From: an uncultured Chroococcidiopsis sp.
Lineage (GTDB): Bacteria > Cyanobacteriota > Cyanobacteriia > Cyanobacteriales > Chroococcidiopsidaceae
Reading direction: 5' to 3'
DNA: 64,000 nucleotides
Assembly: GCA_964248365.1 (NCBI GenBank)
Contig: CAXTYC010000005.1
Coordinates: 109,531-173,530, forward strand
The notes below the pieces were generated by a model that saw nothing but the letters and a program-made list of their open reading frames with translations, was not told the DNA's origin and did not search any database. Both the position numbers and the translations under genes were made by a program. Of this stretch, positions 30,614 to 41,861 are shown piece after piece (position 1 is the stretch's first letter; each line of letters opens with the position of its first letter).

Positions 30614-31612
30614 TCATTGCCCCCTTTGCACTTGGGCAATGTAGGGAGATTGAATCTGTGGGAGCCTTCCATCTCGCACCAAAGCCTGATGAATCATACC
30701 AGCTACCTCAGCCCTCGTAGCATTTTGATTTGGATTAAGCAATTTGGCATTAGGGTAATTAACCACCAGCCCAGCTGTGCTAGCGGCTGCTACCTTCTCG
30801 ATCGCATATTTAGGAATTTGGTCAGCATCCTGGTAAAAAGACTGTAAAACTTGCCCTGGGAAGGATGGCGGCGCTAAGTTCAAACCACTAGCAAGAGCAA
30901 CCAGAGCTTGCACTTTGGGAATTTCTTGCTGTGGTTGAAAAGTATTATCGGGATACCCTCTTAAAAATCCCGTCTGAATTGCTCGATCAATTGCTGGCAC
31001 TGCCCAAAAACCAGGGGAAACATCCCTAAATATCGCTACGTTACGTCTACCTGGGTTTTGAGCAAAAGCTGCTTGCAACAGTGCTGCAAATTCAGCCCTC
31101 GTTACAGGATCAGTAGGTTTAAAATAGCCGCCTGGAAAACCATTGACAATACCTCGTTGGGCAAGAGTTGTGATAAAAGGATATGCCCAAAAATCCTGCC
31201 CTACATCTAAAAAATTAACTCTTTGAGCTGGGGCTGGAGTTGATGGGGCGGTAGCTTGTGGTATTGGTGCTGGTAAGGGAATAATCGCAGGAAATGGAGT
31301 TTGCCGCCTAATTGTATTTTCAGGCGGTACTGGTGTTAATACCTCTGGTGTTGGTGTGGGGATAATCGTTGGTAAAATTAATGCATTGGGAGCCGGACTT
31401 TGTGTTGCTTGGGGAGTTGGATTCACAGTTGATGGCGCTGTGGTAGAAGGAGATTGCGACACAAGACTAGGTATTTGCCAGCCTTCGCCTTGGCGAGAAA
31501 GTGACCAAAACAGAATAGCGCCGATCGCCCCCAAAGCAATGAAGACACCAACAAAATCATCAAACCCTAAAGGAGTTCTGGAAGATGATCGTGGATCAGG
31601 CGAATTTGTCAT
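30614..31612 (-). CDS. S-layer homology (SLH) domain protein with N-terminal TM and Pro-rich linker
   Basis: FLDVGQDFWAYPFI..LAQRGIVNGFP..FKPTDPVTRAEFA, with three SLH-type repeats. Confidence 0.9.
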   Translation of the reverse strand: MTNSPDPRSSSRTPLGFDDFVGVFIALGAIGAILFWSLSRQGEGWQIPSLVSQSPSTTAPSTVNPTPQATQSPAPNALILPTIIPTPTPEVLTPVPPENTIRRQTPFPAIIPLPAPIPQATAPSTPAPAQRVNFLDVGQDFWAYPFITTLAQRGIVNGFPGGYFKPTDPVTRAEFAALLQAAFAQNPGRRNVAIFRDVSPGFWAVPAIDRAIQTGFLRGYPDNTFQPQQEIPKVQALVALASGLNLAPPSFPGQVLQSFYQDADQIPKYAIEKVAAASTAGLVVNYPNAKLLNPNQNATRAEVAGMIHQALVRDGRLPQIQSPYIAQVQRGQ

Positions 31613-31725
31613 TTATATCACCCACATAGCAGCAAGTTTAAATTAAAACAATTAACTCATAATTAACAACTTTGGATACTTCCTTAAGGAGCAATTTTCG
31701 CAAATAATCAATAAATTTAGACAAT

Positions 31726-32256
31726 ATGACACAACGAATAAACGTAATCCAAGCCGATATTACCCAGCTACAGGTAGATGCAATTGTCAATGCTGCCAAC
31801 AATTCTCTACTGGGTGGCGGTGGTGTTGATGGGGCAATTCACCGTGCAGCGGGACCGCAACTTTTGGCACAATGTCGGCAGCTAGGGGGTTGTGAAACTG
31901 GCGAGGCAAAAATTACTAAAGGATACAACTTGCCAGCTTTATGGGTGATTCATACTGTAGGTCCAGTTTGGGAGGGTGGCGATCGCAACGAGGATGAATT
32001 ATTAGCTAGTTGTTACCGTAACTCCTTAGCACTAGCAGAGCAATACCAAATTAAAACTATAGCTTTCCCCGCCATCAGTACAGGCGTGTATCGATTTCCA
32101 GTAGAACGGGCTGCACAAATAGCCGTCACCACCATACTCGCTTTCTTGAAAACTAATAATTGGGTTGAACAGGTAATCCTCGTCTGTTTTAGCCCTCGTG
32201 CATACGAATGCTTTCTAACAGCAGTTAAACAAATCGGTGAAACACAGCTAGATTAG
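31726..32256 (+). CDS. Macro-domain O-acetyl-ADP-ribose deacetylase (YmdB-like)
   Basis: [40 protein letters not shown]. Confidence 0.94.
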   Translation: MTQRINVIQADITQLQVDAIVNAANNSLLGGGGVDGAIHRAAGPQLLAQCRQLGGCETGEAKITKGYNLPALWVIHTVGPVWEGGDRNEDELLASCYRNSLALAEQYQIKTIAFPAISTGVYRFPVERAAQIAVTTILAFLKTNNWVEQVILVCFSPRAYECFLTAVKQIGETQLD

Positions 32257-32295
32257 ATCGGCGTATCTACTAATCATTCTTGATTGGAGTGAAAA

Positions 32296-33471
32296 ATGTC
32301 AAAACTGCCCAGCAATAAAATCAACCCCGTTCCGATGCCAACCCAAATTAGCGTAGTTGATTTAATTGATAATTACTTCACCGCCTACAACTCGGCACGA
32401 CTACGGGAGATCTGCCAGTTGCTCAGTCGGGAAGTATTACAATCGGGTGTGACAGTTGGAGTTAGCTTATCGGGTGCGATGACACCTGCTGGATTTGGAG
32501 TTTCAGCCCTTGCACCCCTAATTCGTCATGGCTTGATTGACTGGATGATTAGCACTGGGGCTAATCTTTACCATGATATGCATTATGGGCTGGGTTTTGA
32601 ACTGTACAAAGGCAATCCGTTTTTAGACGATGTGAAGCTGCGTCAAGAAAGCACAATTCGTATTTATGACATTATTTTTGGCTATGATGTGCTGTTGGAA
32701 ACTGATGCTTTCATTCGCAAAATTTTACAGGCTGAACCGTTTCAAAAGCGCATGGGATCAGCAGAGTTTCACTACCTATTAGGTAAATATGTTCGGGAAG
32801 TAGAAAAACAAGTTGGAGTTGAGCATTCTTGTCTTTTAGCTACAGCTTATGAATGCGGTGTTCCTATATATACATCCTCCCCAGGAGATAGTTCGATTGG
32901 GATGAATGTAGCAGCATTAGCCCTAGAGGGATCTTCGTTAGTGTTAGATCCATCGATTGACGTGAATGAAACAGCTGCGATCGCTTATTTAGCACGAGAA
33001 GCAGAAGGCAAAAGCGCTGCGGTAATTTTCGGCGGCGGTAGCCCCAAAAACTTCCTGTTGCAAACCCAACCCCAAATTCATGAAGTACTAGGCTTAGAAG
33101 AACGCGGACACGATTACTTTATTCAATTTACTGATGCTCGTCCAGATACTGGGGGTTTATCTGGTGCAACACCTAGCGAAGCCGTTAGTTGGGGCAAAAT
33201 CGATCCCGAAGAGTTACCTAGTACAGTTGTTTGTTATACCGATAGCACGATCGCCTTACCACTTGTAACAGCATACGTACTCAATCAATGCCCACCCCGT
33301 CAGCTCAAACGACTATACGATCGCAAAGAAGAAATGCTAGAAAAACTCAAAGCTGATTATCTCGCCGCCAAGACGCAGCCAACCGAGAAAATACCCGCTG
33401 CTATGGCTGAAAGTGCCGAGCAACCTGCGGCAACTTATCCCTGTGGTAGACTGATTCCCCATAGTTCTTAG
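32296..33471 (+). CDS. speY: Deoxyhypusine-synthase-like homospermidine biosynthesis protein
   Basis: [43 protein letters not shown]. Confidence 0.85.
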   Translation: MSKLPSNKINPVPMPTQISVVDLIDNYFTAYNSARLREICQLLSREVLQSGVTVGVSLSGAMTPAGFGVSALAPLIRHGLIDWMISTGANLYHDMHYGLGFELYKGNPFLDDVKLRQESTIRIYDIIFGYDVLLETDAFIRKILQAEPFQKRMGSAEFHYLLGKYVREVEKQVGVEHSCLLATAYECGVPIYTSSPGDSSIGMNVAALALEGSSLVLDPSIDVNETAAIAYLAREAEGKSAAVIFGGGSPKNFLLQTQPQIHEVLGLEERGHDYFIQFTDARPDTGGLSGATPSEAVSWGKIDPEELPSTVVCYTDSTIALPLVTAYVLNQCPPRQLKRLYDRKEEMLEKLKADYLAAKTQPTEKIPAAMAESAEQPAATYPCGRLIPHSS

Positions 33472-33487
33472 TAGTTTTTATCATTAC

Positions 33488-33522
33488 TCCTCCTGGCTGA
33501 TTACTCAACCAGGAGGATTTTT
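33488..33522 (+). terminator. Rho-independent terminator
   Basis: TCCTCCTGG / CCAGGAGGA stem followed by TTTTT, right after the stop codon. Confidence 0.75.
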
Positions 33523-33737
33523 ATTGCTATACAATTACTAACGCAATACTTCTTAATATTTTCTTTTTGTCTTTACTTACACTTAACTGTGTAATTACTG
33601 AAATCACTTTTTTTTAAATAAAAAAGCCAGAAATATCTCAGTTAAATTACGGTTGAGTAAATAGGAAAACAGATAGTAAAACTATATATATTGATTGTAT
33701 AACTTAGATTCCTGTATTCTTCAAACTCGTAACAGCA

Positions 33738-34340
33738 ATGATGCATCCAGACACAGAACTAGGCTTTGTCAATGAAACAATTGGCTATGGGGTCTTTGCA
33801 ACTAAATTTATTCCCAAAGGCACGATTACTTGGGCATTAGATGAATTAGATCAAACATTTAATGAAACTTACGTAAATTCCTTAAACAAAATTCAACGAC
33901 AAAATTTACTTAAATATTGTTATCGAGATAATCAAGGGAAATACATATTATGTTGGGATATTGCTAAATTTGTCAATCATAGCTTTAATGCAAATTGTAT
34001 ATCTACAGCCTATGAATTTGAAATTGCCATCAAGGATATTTACCCAGGAGAACAGTTAACGGATGATTATGGGTACTTGAATGTAGACGAACCGTTTAAT
34101 TGTGTTCAAGAACCAAATAGTTCTAGGACAAAAGTAATGCCTGATGATATTTTGTATTTTTATCAGGAGTGGGATGAAAAAGTAGCTGAAGCAATGAAGT
34201 ATTTTAATAATGTTGAACAGCCGCTGAGAAGTTTTATAAAAAGTAACTTTGTTAACAAAGTTAATGCAGTTGCCTTGGCGGAAAAACCACTAGACTCTAT
34301 TAAAACTTGTTACTATGACCGTAAATTAGTGTTAGTATAA
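33738..34340 (+). CDS. SET-domain protein (putative lysine methyltransferase)
   Basis: GYGVFATKFIPKG, FVNHS, IAIKDIYPGEQLTDDYG. Confidence 0.9.
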   Translation: MMHPDTELGFVNETIGYGVFATKFIPKGTITWALDELDQTFNETYVNSLNKIQRQNLLKYCYRDNQGKYILCWDIAKFVNHSFNANCISTAYEFEIAIKDIYPGEQLTDDYGYLNVDEPFNCVQEPNSSRTKVMPDDILYFYQEWDEKVAEAMKYFNNVEQPLRSFIKSNFVNKVNAVALAEKPLDSIKTCYYDRKLVLV

Positions 34341-34444
34341 AATTCAAACTTGATTTTCAGTAATCTCTAGTAATCAGCTAGGGATTTAACTATTTTTAAC
34401 TCATTTCATCAACTCATACGCCTTCAGCTATTTAATTTGATAGT

Positions 34445-34993
34445 ATGTTGAATAAACAGCTAAAAATTCTGCTTTATGGTAGTAACATCTGGTATTTAGG
34501 TGAAGGGATGTTTGCTCCTATTTTTGGAGTATTTACGCAAAAAATTGGCGGTAATATACTAGATATTACTAGTATTTGGGCAGCTTATCTAATAGCTACA
34601 GGAATTTTTACTGTATTTGTAGGTAAAATTTCCGACAAAAAACTGAGAAAAGAAAAGCTCCTGGTAACTGGATATGGATTAAATGCAATATTTACGTTTT
34701 GTTATTTGTTTGCTTCATCACATCTTAGTTTATTTATAGTTCAAGTAGGATTAGGGGTTGCTTCAGCTTTAGCAAATCCTACATGGAACGCTTTATATGC
34801 ACAATATGAAAATAAAAAACAAGCTGGATTTATTTGGGGTATTGCTGATGGACAATCAAAGATTTTTACTGGAATTGCTGTAGTAGTAGGAGGATTTATT
34901 ACTAATTATTTTTCCTTTAATACTTTATTCATAACAATGGGAATAATTCAAGTTTTAGCGACTTTTTATTCTGCTCAACTGCTGAAAAAATAA
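34445..34993 (+). CDS. Half-size MFS-like membrane protein
   Basis: Motif-A-like GKISDKKLRK; about six hydrophobic segments; only 182 aa. Confidence 0.8.
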   Translation: MLNKQLKILLYGSNIWYLGEGMFAPIFGVFTQKIGGNILDITSIWAAYLIATGIFTVFVGKISDKKLRKEKLLVTGYGLNAIFTFCYLFASSHLSLFIVQVGLGVASALANPTWNALYAQYENKKQAGFIWGIADGQSKIFTGIAVVVGGFITNYFSFNTLFITMGIIQVLATFYSAQLLKK

Positions 34994-35034
34994 AAATTAA
35001 TTCAAATTAGCTGTTAGCTGTTAACAGCTAACAG

Positions 35035-35676
35035 CTAATTGCTAACATTTTGTAGCTGACAAATGGCTTTCAGAACTTGTAACAACTGGATTGAACGCTC
35101 AGTATCCAGCAAATATAGTTCTGGCATTAGCTGATAAGTTAAAGTTCCCTGACTAAGATGCACGAACAGATATTGCAGTCCATTCGTTGCTAGTCCCCAC
35201 ACTGATGATTGCCCATCTAAACTTTTAAAGGCATATGTTAACAACTGAGGTAAACCTTGACGAACCTCAATCGCACTGTTTTTAGCTTCAATTACCAAGA
35301 GCCAGAAAGGTATATTAGTTGTTATTAGTTCACTGTTAATAGCTAATATATCTAATCTTCCTGAAATTGTTGTATTCTCGTCTTCAACTATAATATTAAT
35401 GCTATCTTCCACTGATAGTTTAATAAGGTAACTATAAAAGCCAGCTAATTTCATTAATGGAGCAACTGTTAGGAATTTAATCAATCCTTCAGAAACCTTT
35501 GCCTCTGTTAGATAGTTACGAAAGTCATTGCGAATTTGCAGTAGTTCTTGGGTTTCAAATTCTGTTAAAGAATCTAAAGTTAATAATGTGGAGAATGAGC
35601 CATTTAACTGCTCTTCCAAGTGAAGAAGGCGATGAACATCTTTTAGAGATAATTTGCTAACGTCTAGAGTAGGCAT
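35035..35676 (-). CDS. PD-(D/E)xK nuclease-like protein (HsdR N-terminal-like)
   Basis: GRLDIL...VIEAKN...QLLTY...GLATNG. Confidence 0.8.
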   Translation of the reverse strand: MPTLDVSKLSLKDVHRLLHLEEQLNGSFSTLLTLDSLTEFETQELLQIRNDFRNYLTEAKVSEGLIKFLTVAPLMKLAGFYSYLIKLSVEDSINIIVEDENTTISGRLDILAINSELITTNIPFWLLVIEAKNSAIEVRQGLPQLLTYAFKSLDGQSSVWGLATNGLQYLFVHLSQGTLTYQLMPELYLLDTERSIQLLQVLKAICQLQNVSN

Positions 35677-35786
35677 AGGTTTTTTTATCAGTTATTATCT
35701 ATTAGACTTATTTACTACTTTTAATCTTAACGACAACAGCGATCGCCCTATACTTTCTATTCAACTAATTAGTGCGATCGCTCTTT

Positions 35787-38351
35787 CTAAAACTTGCTCA
35801 ATACTCCATAAATTGCCCAAATAGCCATCGCCCGTAGGTAATAACTAGCTCGGAAAGTGCCGACAGCAGTAATAGCTTCTGGTGTGCGGAATTGCAAACC
35901 ATTATCATAAATTTGCCTTACTACCGCTTTGGTTAGCTCAAACGCCTCATCCTTCATTCCCATCTGCACCAAAAAAGCTGCTAGCCCAAAATTAATCCCC
36001 GTCCATACTTCCAGAGGATGAGTAGCATCAGGATTTTCTGGAGAACCGTCAGGCTTCAGCCCATTAGCAGCACCCAGCTTCCCGTTATGGAATTTCAAAA
36101 AGCAAGCATCATATACAGTTCTTAGTGCCTTCAAAGCACAATCATTTGGCACAATATCAGGTAATCTCAACAGACGAGCATAAAACTGACCACATAGCTG
36201 ATCCGCCATCACCACATCTGAACCACTTTCACTATCAAGGCGGTAATACTTTCCATTCCAAAGCTTATCCTGATACACAGGTCGAGACTGTTCCAACCAA
36301 CCCTCATAAATCGATTTTTGAACCGCCAAGTCGCCAAGTACGCTAAGGTTTTCCTTCGTGTTTCCCTGGGGTTTAAACCCCAGGCTAGCGTCTTTGCGGT
36401 TCGTTAACAAAACATTACAAATAGCGATCGCCGCCTCTAAAGCAGCCAACCACAACCCCCCACAATAAGCACTAACACCCTGCAACCGCCAATCATCAAA
36501 AGTTTGGTCAGGCGCGCCAGAATTTTCTGGAATACCATCTCCATCTAAATCAAAAGTTTTGAGATAGCTAAGGGTTTGCACAACAGCATCCCAACACCCA
36601 GCCAAAAATTCCACATCGGTAGCACCTGTCAGCAAAAAGTCCCGATATACCTGCAAGACAAAATCACAAGATAAATCTTTCCACAGGTTGCAATCTTGGT
36701 AGCTAGTGTAATTCGTCTTTTCCCAAGGATGCTCATTCGGTGCGCCCAAGTCGTGAGGTGTAGCACCTGCAACTTTTCGGACTGCGGTCGGACTTTCCGC
36801 CCCAATGGTATAATAGTAGCCAATTACACGGGTATTATCGTCACTTGCGGGGATTGCCCGTGCAAAGGCACGAATTACTGACTTTTCTAGTTCAGACCAC
36901 AGCATCAACAGAGCAAAGGAACCATACAGCCGCACATCTAAGCTTTCATACCAGCGATAATCAATACACTCTACAACGGCAAATTGACCTACGGGATCTT
37001 GTTCTGATTTCGCACTCCAGAGAGTAACGCCGCAAGTCAAGTCGTAAAGCTCATTAAATAAAGCCATGAGGAACTCTTCGGGCAATGCTTGCTCTAGAAT
37101 TGGCTGTTGCCAGGATTCGATCTGCTGCTGCCAAGATTGGTATTGTTGTAAAGCAGTTAGTGCGATCGCCTGGGCATTCTTCCCCGTTCGCCCAAAAAAA
37201 TCAGTGTAGCGACGGTAATACTTGACATCTGTGGCAAATTCTGTTATGGGGAAATCCCAAGCAAGAACGAACTCAATTGTACGAGTTTCACCAGCTTGTA
37301 GAGTAAAACGGACAGCTAATGCTGCGGCTATTTGTTCTCCCTCAGCGGCTGGTGTTTCATCAACCTGATTGGGTAACGAACCGTATTGTGCAAATTCCGA
37401 TATATCTTCACCTGTGCCGCTTGGGTTCCAGCGTGTGTGATATGTTACCTCAACTTCGGGATGCTTCCGAGTAGCAATGCACCACTGTCCCTCACCTTCC
37501 TCTAAATTTTCATTGCTACTAACTCTTCCTAACACGCACCCGATATAATCTTTATCCTCCACCAGTTGATTAAAATTCCCCTGACTATCTCCCAATTTTG
37601 GCTGATATTCATAAACTGGACTACCATCATCCCGTAACTGCACTTGTGGAGATTTAACAGCATTGGTAAACCAGCCGACCATATTTTGCCAGGTCAGCAT
37701 AATACTGATAGTTATTGGTGCATCAGTCGGGTTGTGTGCAGTCCACTCAAAGATGGCTACGGGATAGCTAGTTTCCTGGTAATTTTCAGGCAAAATCGGT
37801 GAAAACTGCTCACAAGTCAGCCCAGTTTGAAATACGTTCTCATACACAAACCAACTGCGAGGATAAAGAGCGTGATAAGTTCCCGTGTAAAGTTGTTGAT
37901 TGATGGGGTGATGGGGTGATGGGGTGATGGGGTGTGATGGTGAACTTCTCCCACTCTCCCACTCTCCCCACCTCCTCATCTCCCTATCTAGCAAAGCGGG
38001 ATACCACTGCCAAGCCTGCAAACTTTCATCATTTGCTGGTTCTGTACACAAGGCGTAAGCCTGCAATGTTGAGTTAGCTGGCTGTTCAAAAACGCTAAAT
38101 TGACAAGCTGGGATGCTCTTATATATATGTTCGCCGCCGTCAATTTGCCAAACGTTAAAATCTCCCCGTGAGGAACGACCGATACAACCAGCACCGAAGC
38201 CACCTAAAGGCATACCGTGCCAGGGACCATCATCAAGATTACTAGCAGTACGAACAGTATAGGGCTTGTCCCAGCCAAGACCGATGGGACGCTGCCAGGT
38301 ACAGGGGGGAATTTTGGAAGTTAGATGCTGCTGCTGCTGCTGATTTTGCAT
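35787..38351 (-). CDS. GH116 family glycoside hydrolase
   Basis: GMPLGGFGAG, ALYPRSW, TPHDLG, PDQTFDDW, FRTPEA, YLRAMAIW. Contains two repeat-derived inserts. Confidence 0.93.
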   Translation of the reverse strand: MQNQQQQQHLTSKIPPCTWQRPIGLGWDKPYTVRTASNLDDGPWHGMPLGGFGAGCIGRSSRGDFNVWQIDGGEHIYKSIPACQFSVFEQPANSTLQAYALCTEPANDESLQAWQWYPALLDREMRRWGEWESGRSSPSHPITPSPHHPINQQLYTGTYHALYPRSWFVYENVFQTGLTCEQFSPILPENYQETSYPVAIFEWTAHNPTDAPITISIMLTWQNMVGWFTNAVKSPQVQLRDDGSPVYEYQPKLGDSQGNFNQLVEDKDYIGCVLGRVSSNENLEEGEGQWCIATRKHPEVEVTYHTRWNPSGTGEDISEFAQYGSLPNQVDETPAAEGEQIAAALAVRFTLQAGETRTIEFVLAWDFPITEFATDVKYYRRYTDFFGRTGKNAQAIALTALQQYQSWQQQIESWQQPILEQALPEEFLMALFNELYDLTCGVTLWSAKSEQDPVGQFAVVECIDYRWYESLDVRLYGSFALLMLWSELEKSVIRAFARAIPASDDNTRVIGYYYTIGAESPTAVRKVAGATPHDLGAPNEHPWEKTNYTSYQDCNLWKDLSCDFVLQVYRDFLLTGATDVEFLAGCWDAVVQTLSYLKTFDLDGDGIPENSGAPDQTFDDWRLQGVSAYCGGLWLAALEAAIAICNVLLTNRKDASLGFKPQGNTKENLSVLGDLAVQKSIYEGWLEQSRPVYQDKLWNGKYYRLDSESGSDVVMADQLCGQFYARLLRLPDIVPNDCALKALRTVYDACFLKFHNGKLGAANGLKPDGSPENPDATHPLEVWTGINFGLAAFLVQMGMKDEAFELTKAVVRQIYDNGLQFRTPEAITAVGTFRASYYLRAMAIWAIYGVLSKF

Positions 38352-38474
38352 CTCATGATTTTACAGACGTAGCAGTGCTGCGTCTGTACTGTAATTGTTA
38401 ATTTTTTCAAAGCTATTACCTTTTACCGATTAGCAAAAAGCGCAGACTATAAACACAGTTAAAAAAATTTGTTT

Positions 38475-39221
38475 TTATAATCCAGCAAACCACTCATAAC
38501 CCTGGTCTTCCCAATAGCCTTTAGCAGGTAACAAATTATTAACTAGGATAATGCGCGTTACCCACTTACTTTGTTTGTAACCGAGTTTAATTGGCGAGGC
38601 TAAACGTAAAGGCGCACCGTTGTCAATGGGTAAGGGTTGCCCATTTTTCTGATAAGCCAATAATGTCTGAGGGTGTAAAGCTGAAGCAATATCCCAACTT
38701 TCGTAGTAACCATCAGCCGATTTGAAATAAACATAGCCGACATTTCCTTTAGGTTGGGCAAGGGCAATTATATCCCGTAGTCGTACTCCTCCCCATTGTA
38801 CGATCGCCGCCCATCCCTCAACACAAACATGGCGAATTGTCATGGTACTGGGAGACATTTGCTGGATATCTTTCATACTCAAACTGAGCGGATTATTTAC
38901 TTCTCCTTCAACTGTTAGACGAAAATTATCAATGTCTATCTGTGGTGTAAAGTTAAATGAATTGACTAGTAAAGCCTCTGGCTCAATTGCGCTTACAGGA
39001 AATTCCGGTACAGGCTTTTGTGGATTTAATAATAAAGCTTCAACATTTTGATTTAGAGGTTCAAAAGCTTTGCCTACCACACCTTCAAAAAGGGTCAAAG
39101 CACACCCATTTAAAAGTAAACCCATGCTGGAAAGTCCCGATAATTGCAAAAATTGGCGGCGTAGCAAGCGGCGGCGAACAACTTGAATTTGATTATCCAT
39201 CCTATTAAACCTTTCTCTCAT
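38475..39221 (-). CDS. Tat-exported molybdopterin-dependent oxidoreductase (MsrP/sulfite-oxidase family)
   Basis: RRQFL Tat motif, HVCVEGW, HPQTLLAY, NGAPLRL, KLGYKQSKW. Confidence 0.9.
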   Translation of the reverse strand: MRERFNRMDNQIQVVRRRLLRRQFLQLSGLSSMGLLLNGCALTLFEGVVGKAFEPLNQNVEALLLNPQKPVPEFPVSAIEPEALLVNSFNFTPQIDIDNFRLTVEGEVNNPLSLSMKDIQQMSPSTMTIRHVCVEGWAAIVQWGGVRLRDIIALAQPKGNVGYVYFKSADGYYESWDIASALHPQTLLAYQKNGQPLPIDNGAPLRLASPIKLGYKQSKWVTRIILVNNLLPAKGYWEDQGYEWFAGL

Positions 39222-39363
39222 ATAGCCCTATTAAACAATTCATAAAATCCTTTCTCTTGTCTCTCTGCGTTCTTTGCGTTCTTTGCGGTTCGTAAAAAAT
39301 ATATTTCCATCAAACTAGATATCTATACATTAAAAATATTTTCACCCTCAAATTACACTTAAC

Positions 39364-39966
39364 TTACCAAAACATTGAATCTATAAGGCGCGAACCTCCA
39401 ACTTTTAAGGCTAATAATGAGTGACTCAATGAAAAAACTACAAAAATTGGTACTGAGATAAAGTGAACTATTCGTAATGCTTGCCAGCTACCAAATAAAT
39501 CTACAATCCAAGGAAATTGGGCTGGTTTATACATTCCAATTCCAGATAAAATTGCTAGTAATAAGACGGGGATGATGGCTGTGTAAGCTATACGATGCCA
39601 TGCATAATTTTTGCGCTGTTGGTTGTGGCTCTTTTGTAGTGCTTTAAGATCTTTGCTGCTGACATATCGATATTTCCACCGTTGGGTAAGCAAAATATAA
39701 ACGCCGTACCAAAGTAAATTTAACGAAAATAACCACATGGCTGCAAAATGCCAATGTCTACCGCCAGCTAGCCAGCCTCCTAGCAAAAATAATGGTGGGA
39801 AATGCCAGCCCTCTCGTCCACCAAAAACAGGGTTAGCGTTGTAAATTTGTAATCCACTCGTAATCATTAATAGCAAGCTAATGATATTGACCTGGTGAAA
39901 GATTTTGGCTGGGGTAGCTTGCTTTGGTATAGGTCGAGGCTGAGATATTTTAGATGTAGCAGTCAT
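39364..39966 (-). CDS. Cytochrome b/b6-domain membrane partner of the molybdoenzyme
   Basis: IFHQVN..ITSGLQIYNA, GGRHWHFAAMW, RIVHF. Start placed at the ATG at 39966 because the longer ORF runs through a REP palindrome. Confidence 0.88.
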   Translation of the reverse strand: MTATSKISQPRPIPKQATPAKIFHQVNIISLLLMITSGLQIYNANPVFGGREGWHFPPLFLLGGWLAGGRHWHFAAMWLFSLNLLWYGVYILLTQRWKYRYVSSKDLKALQKSHNQQRKNYAWHRIAYTAIIPVLLLAILSGIGMYKPAQFPWIVDLFGSWQALRIVHFISVPIFVVFSLSHSLLALKVGGSRLIDSMFW

Positions 39967-40013
39967 ATGCTTATCAGTTTTGTATGTATTAGTAATATCT
40001 GAGGTTAGAAAAA

Positions 40014-40067
40014 GTAGGGTGGGCATTGCCCACCAAATCAGTGAATGGTGGGCAATGCCCACCCTAC
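40014..40067. repeat. REP-like palindrome (GTAGGGTGGGCATTGCCCACC...GGTGGGCAATGCCCACCCTAC)
   Basis: Perfect inverted arms; degenerate copies at about 30524-30598 and 42840. Confidence 0.85.
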
Positions 40068-40387
40068 TCCCAAGGGGTAAAACAGATAAATAGCACTTAT
40101 TAAGGTTTATATATAAATGCTTGTTTTTATGTTAGTAGATGTGGTAAATTATATACAAATTATTTTTGTGCAAGTAAGTGGGTAGGAATAGTAAAGGTTA
40201 GCATATTCCTCTTTTGTACATTTTATAGCCAGAGTTGCTCGTGTATAAAGTTAAACATTTAATCTAAGGAAAAGAAAAGTATCAGAGGAATGTAAAAGAA
40301 AACTTGTTCTGCTGTTGCCACACACAGCAGGTGATAATGAGTAGCATAGATTTTGTAGTCAGTCAGCAAGAGAGGAACGCGATCGCT

Positions 40388-41707
40388 ATGGGGATGACCC
40401 TCACCGAAAAAATTCTAGCTAGAGCTTCTGGTCGTTCTGTGGTTGAACCCGGAGAGAATATTTGGGTGGATGTTGACCTACTAATGACCCATGATGTATG
40501 TGGTCCAGGCACTATTGGTGTCTTCAAGCGCGAGTTTGGTGCTGATGCCAAAGTGTGGAACCCAGAAAAGATCGTCCTCATCCCAGATCACTACATTTTC
40601 ACTGCTGACGAACGGGCTAACCGCAACGTAGATATTTTACGCGATTTTGCCTCCGAGCAAGGAATAAAATATTTCTACGATATTACAGACAGATCGGATT
40701 TTAAAGCCAATCCAGATTACAAAGGTGTTTGTCACATCGCCCTTGCCCAAGAAGGTCATACTCGCCCTGGTGAAGTATTGTTTGGTACAGATTCTCACAC
40801 TTGCAATGCAGGTGCTTTCGGGCAGTTTGCTACGGGAATTGGCAACACCGATGCAGGTTTCATTATGGGAACTGGCAAGTTATTAATCAAAGTCCCAGCC
40901 ACAATGCGTTTTGTGCTGGATGGAGAAATGCCCGATTACTTGCTAGCAAAAGATCTGATATTACAAATTATTGGCGATATCGGTGTGGCTGGGGCAACCT
41001 ATCGGACAATGGAATTTGCAGGGTCAACCGTGCAGCAACTGACGATGGAAGAACGGATGACGCTGTGCAATATGGCGATTGAAGCTGGTGGAAAGAATGG
41101 CACGATTGCTGCTGATGACACCACATTTGAGTATGTGCGCGCTCGTACCAACAAGCCATTTGAGGCAGTATACACTGATGCCGATGCCAAATTCTACAGC
41201 GATCGCCACTACGATGTTACCACTTTAGAGCCTGTAGTTGCTAAACCCCACTCCCCAGATAATCGAGCTTTAGCGCGAGAATGCAGCGATGTCAAAATTG
41301 ACCGAGTTTACATTGGTTCTTGCACTGGTGGTAAAAGTGAAGACTTTATCAATGCTGCCCGTATTCTCAAAGGGCGACAGGTGAAAGTTCCTACTTACCT
41401 AGTTCCAGCCACGCAAAAAGTCTACGAAGACTTATTTACGACAAAGTATGATGGGCAAACCCTATCAGAGATTTTCCTCCAAGCAGGTTGCATTGAACCT
41501 GCTGCCCCATCCTGCGCTGCTTGTTTGGGTGGTCCCAAAGATACCTTTGGGCGGATGAATGAACCAGAGGTTTGTGTATCTACTACCAACCGCAACTTTC
41601 CTGGTCGCATGGGTGACAAAACAGCGCAAATTTATCTAGCTTCTCCATACACAGCAGCAGCTTCGGCACTTACGGGGTATGTAACTGACCCCCGCGATCT
41701 CGGTTAA
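40388..41707 (+). CDS. leuC: 3-isopropylmalate dehydratase large subunit
   Basis: MTLTEKILA, GTDSHTC, IGSCTGG, PSCAACLG, STTNRNFPGRMG. Confidence 0.93.
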   Translation: MGMTLTEKILARASGRSVVEPGENIWVDVDLLMTHDVCGPGTIGVFKREFGADAKVWNPEKIVLIPDHYIFTADERANRNVDILRDFASEQGIKYFYDITDRSDFKANPDYKGVCHIALAQEGHTRPGEVLFGTDSHTCNAGAFGQFATGIGNTDAGFIMGTGKLLIKVPATMRFVLDGEMPDYLLAKDLILQIIGDIGVAGATYRTMEFAGSTVQQLTMEERMTLCNMAIEAGGKNGTIAADDTTFEYVRARTNKPFEAVYTDADAKFYSDRHYDVTTLEPVVAKPHSPDNRALARECSDVKIDRVYIGSCTGGKSEDFINAARILKGRQVKVPTYLVPATQKVYEDLFTTKYDGQTLSEIFLQAGCIEPAAPSCAACLGGPKDTFGRMNEPEVCVSTTNRNFPGRMGDKTAQIYLASPYTAAASALTGYVTDPRDLG

Positions 41708-41861
41708 ATCTGGACTATATCACTTATCAGTTGTGGGCGATCGCTGATCGCGGTTGACCGACAACTGATATGTTAATAGTGTCTAAACAGTTACATCTGT
41801 CAGTGCTAATTAGATATATAAGTCTTTTATCTGTAAACACAATTGCGAATTACGAATTATT

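Noticed and set aside
31726..34340. Macro domain + deoxyhypusine-synthase-like + SET as one protein-modification operon
   Set aside because: A strong terminator at 33488-33522 and a composition shift separate SET, and the DHS-like gene is best explained by homospermidine synthesis.
35035..35676. Type I restriction-modification system
   Set aside because: Only a stand-alone ~210-aa nuclease-like domain; no hsdM, hsdS or helicase motifs.
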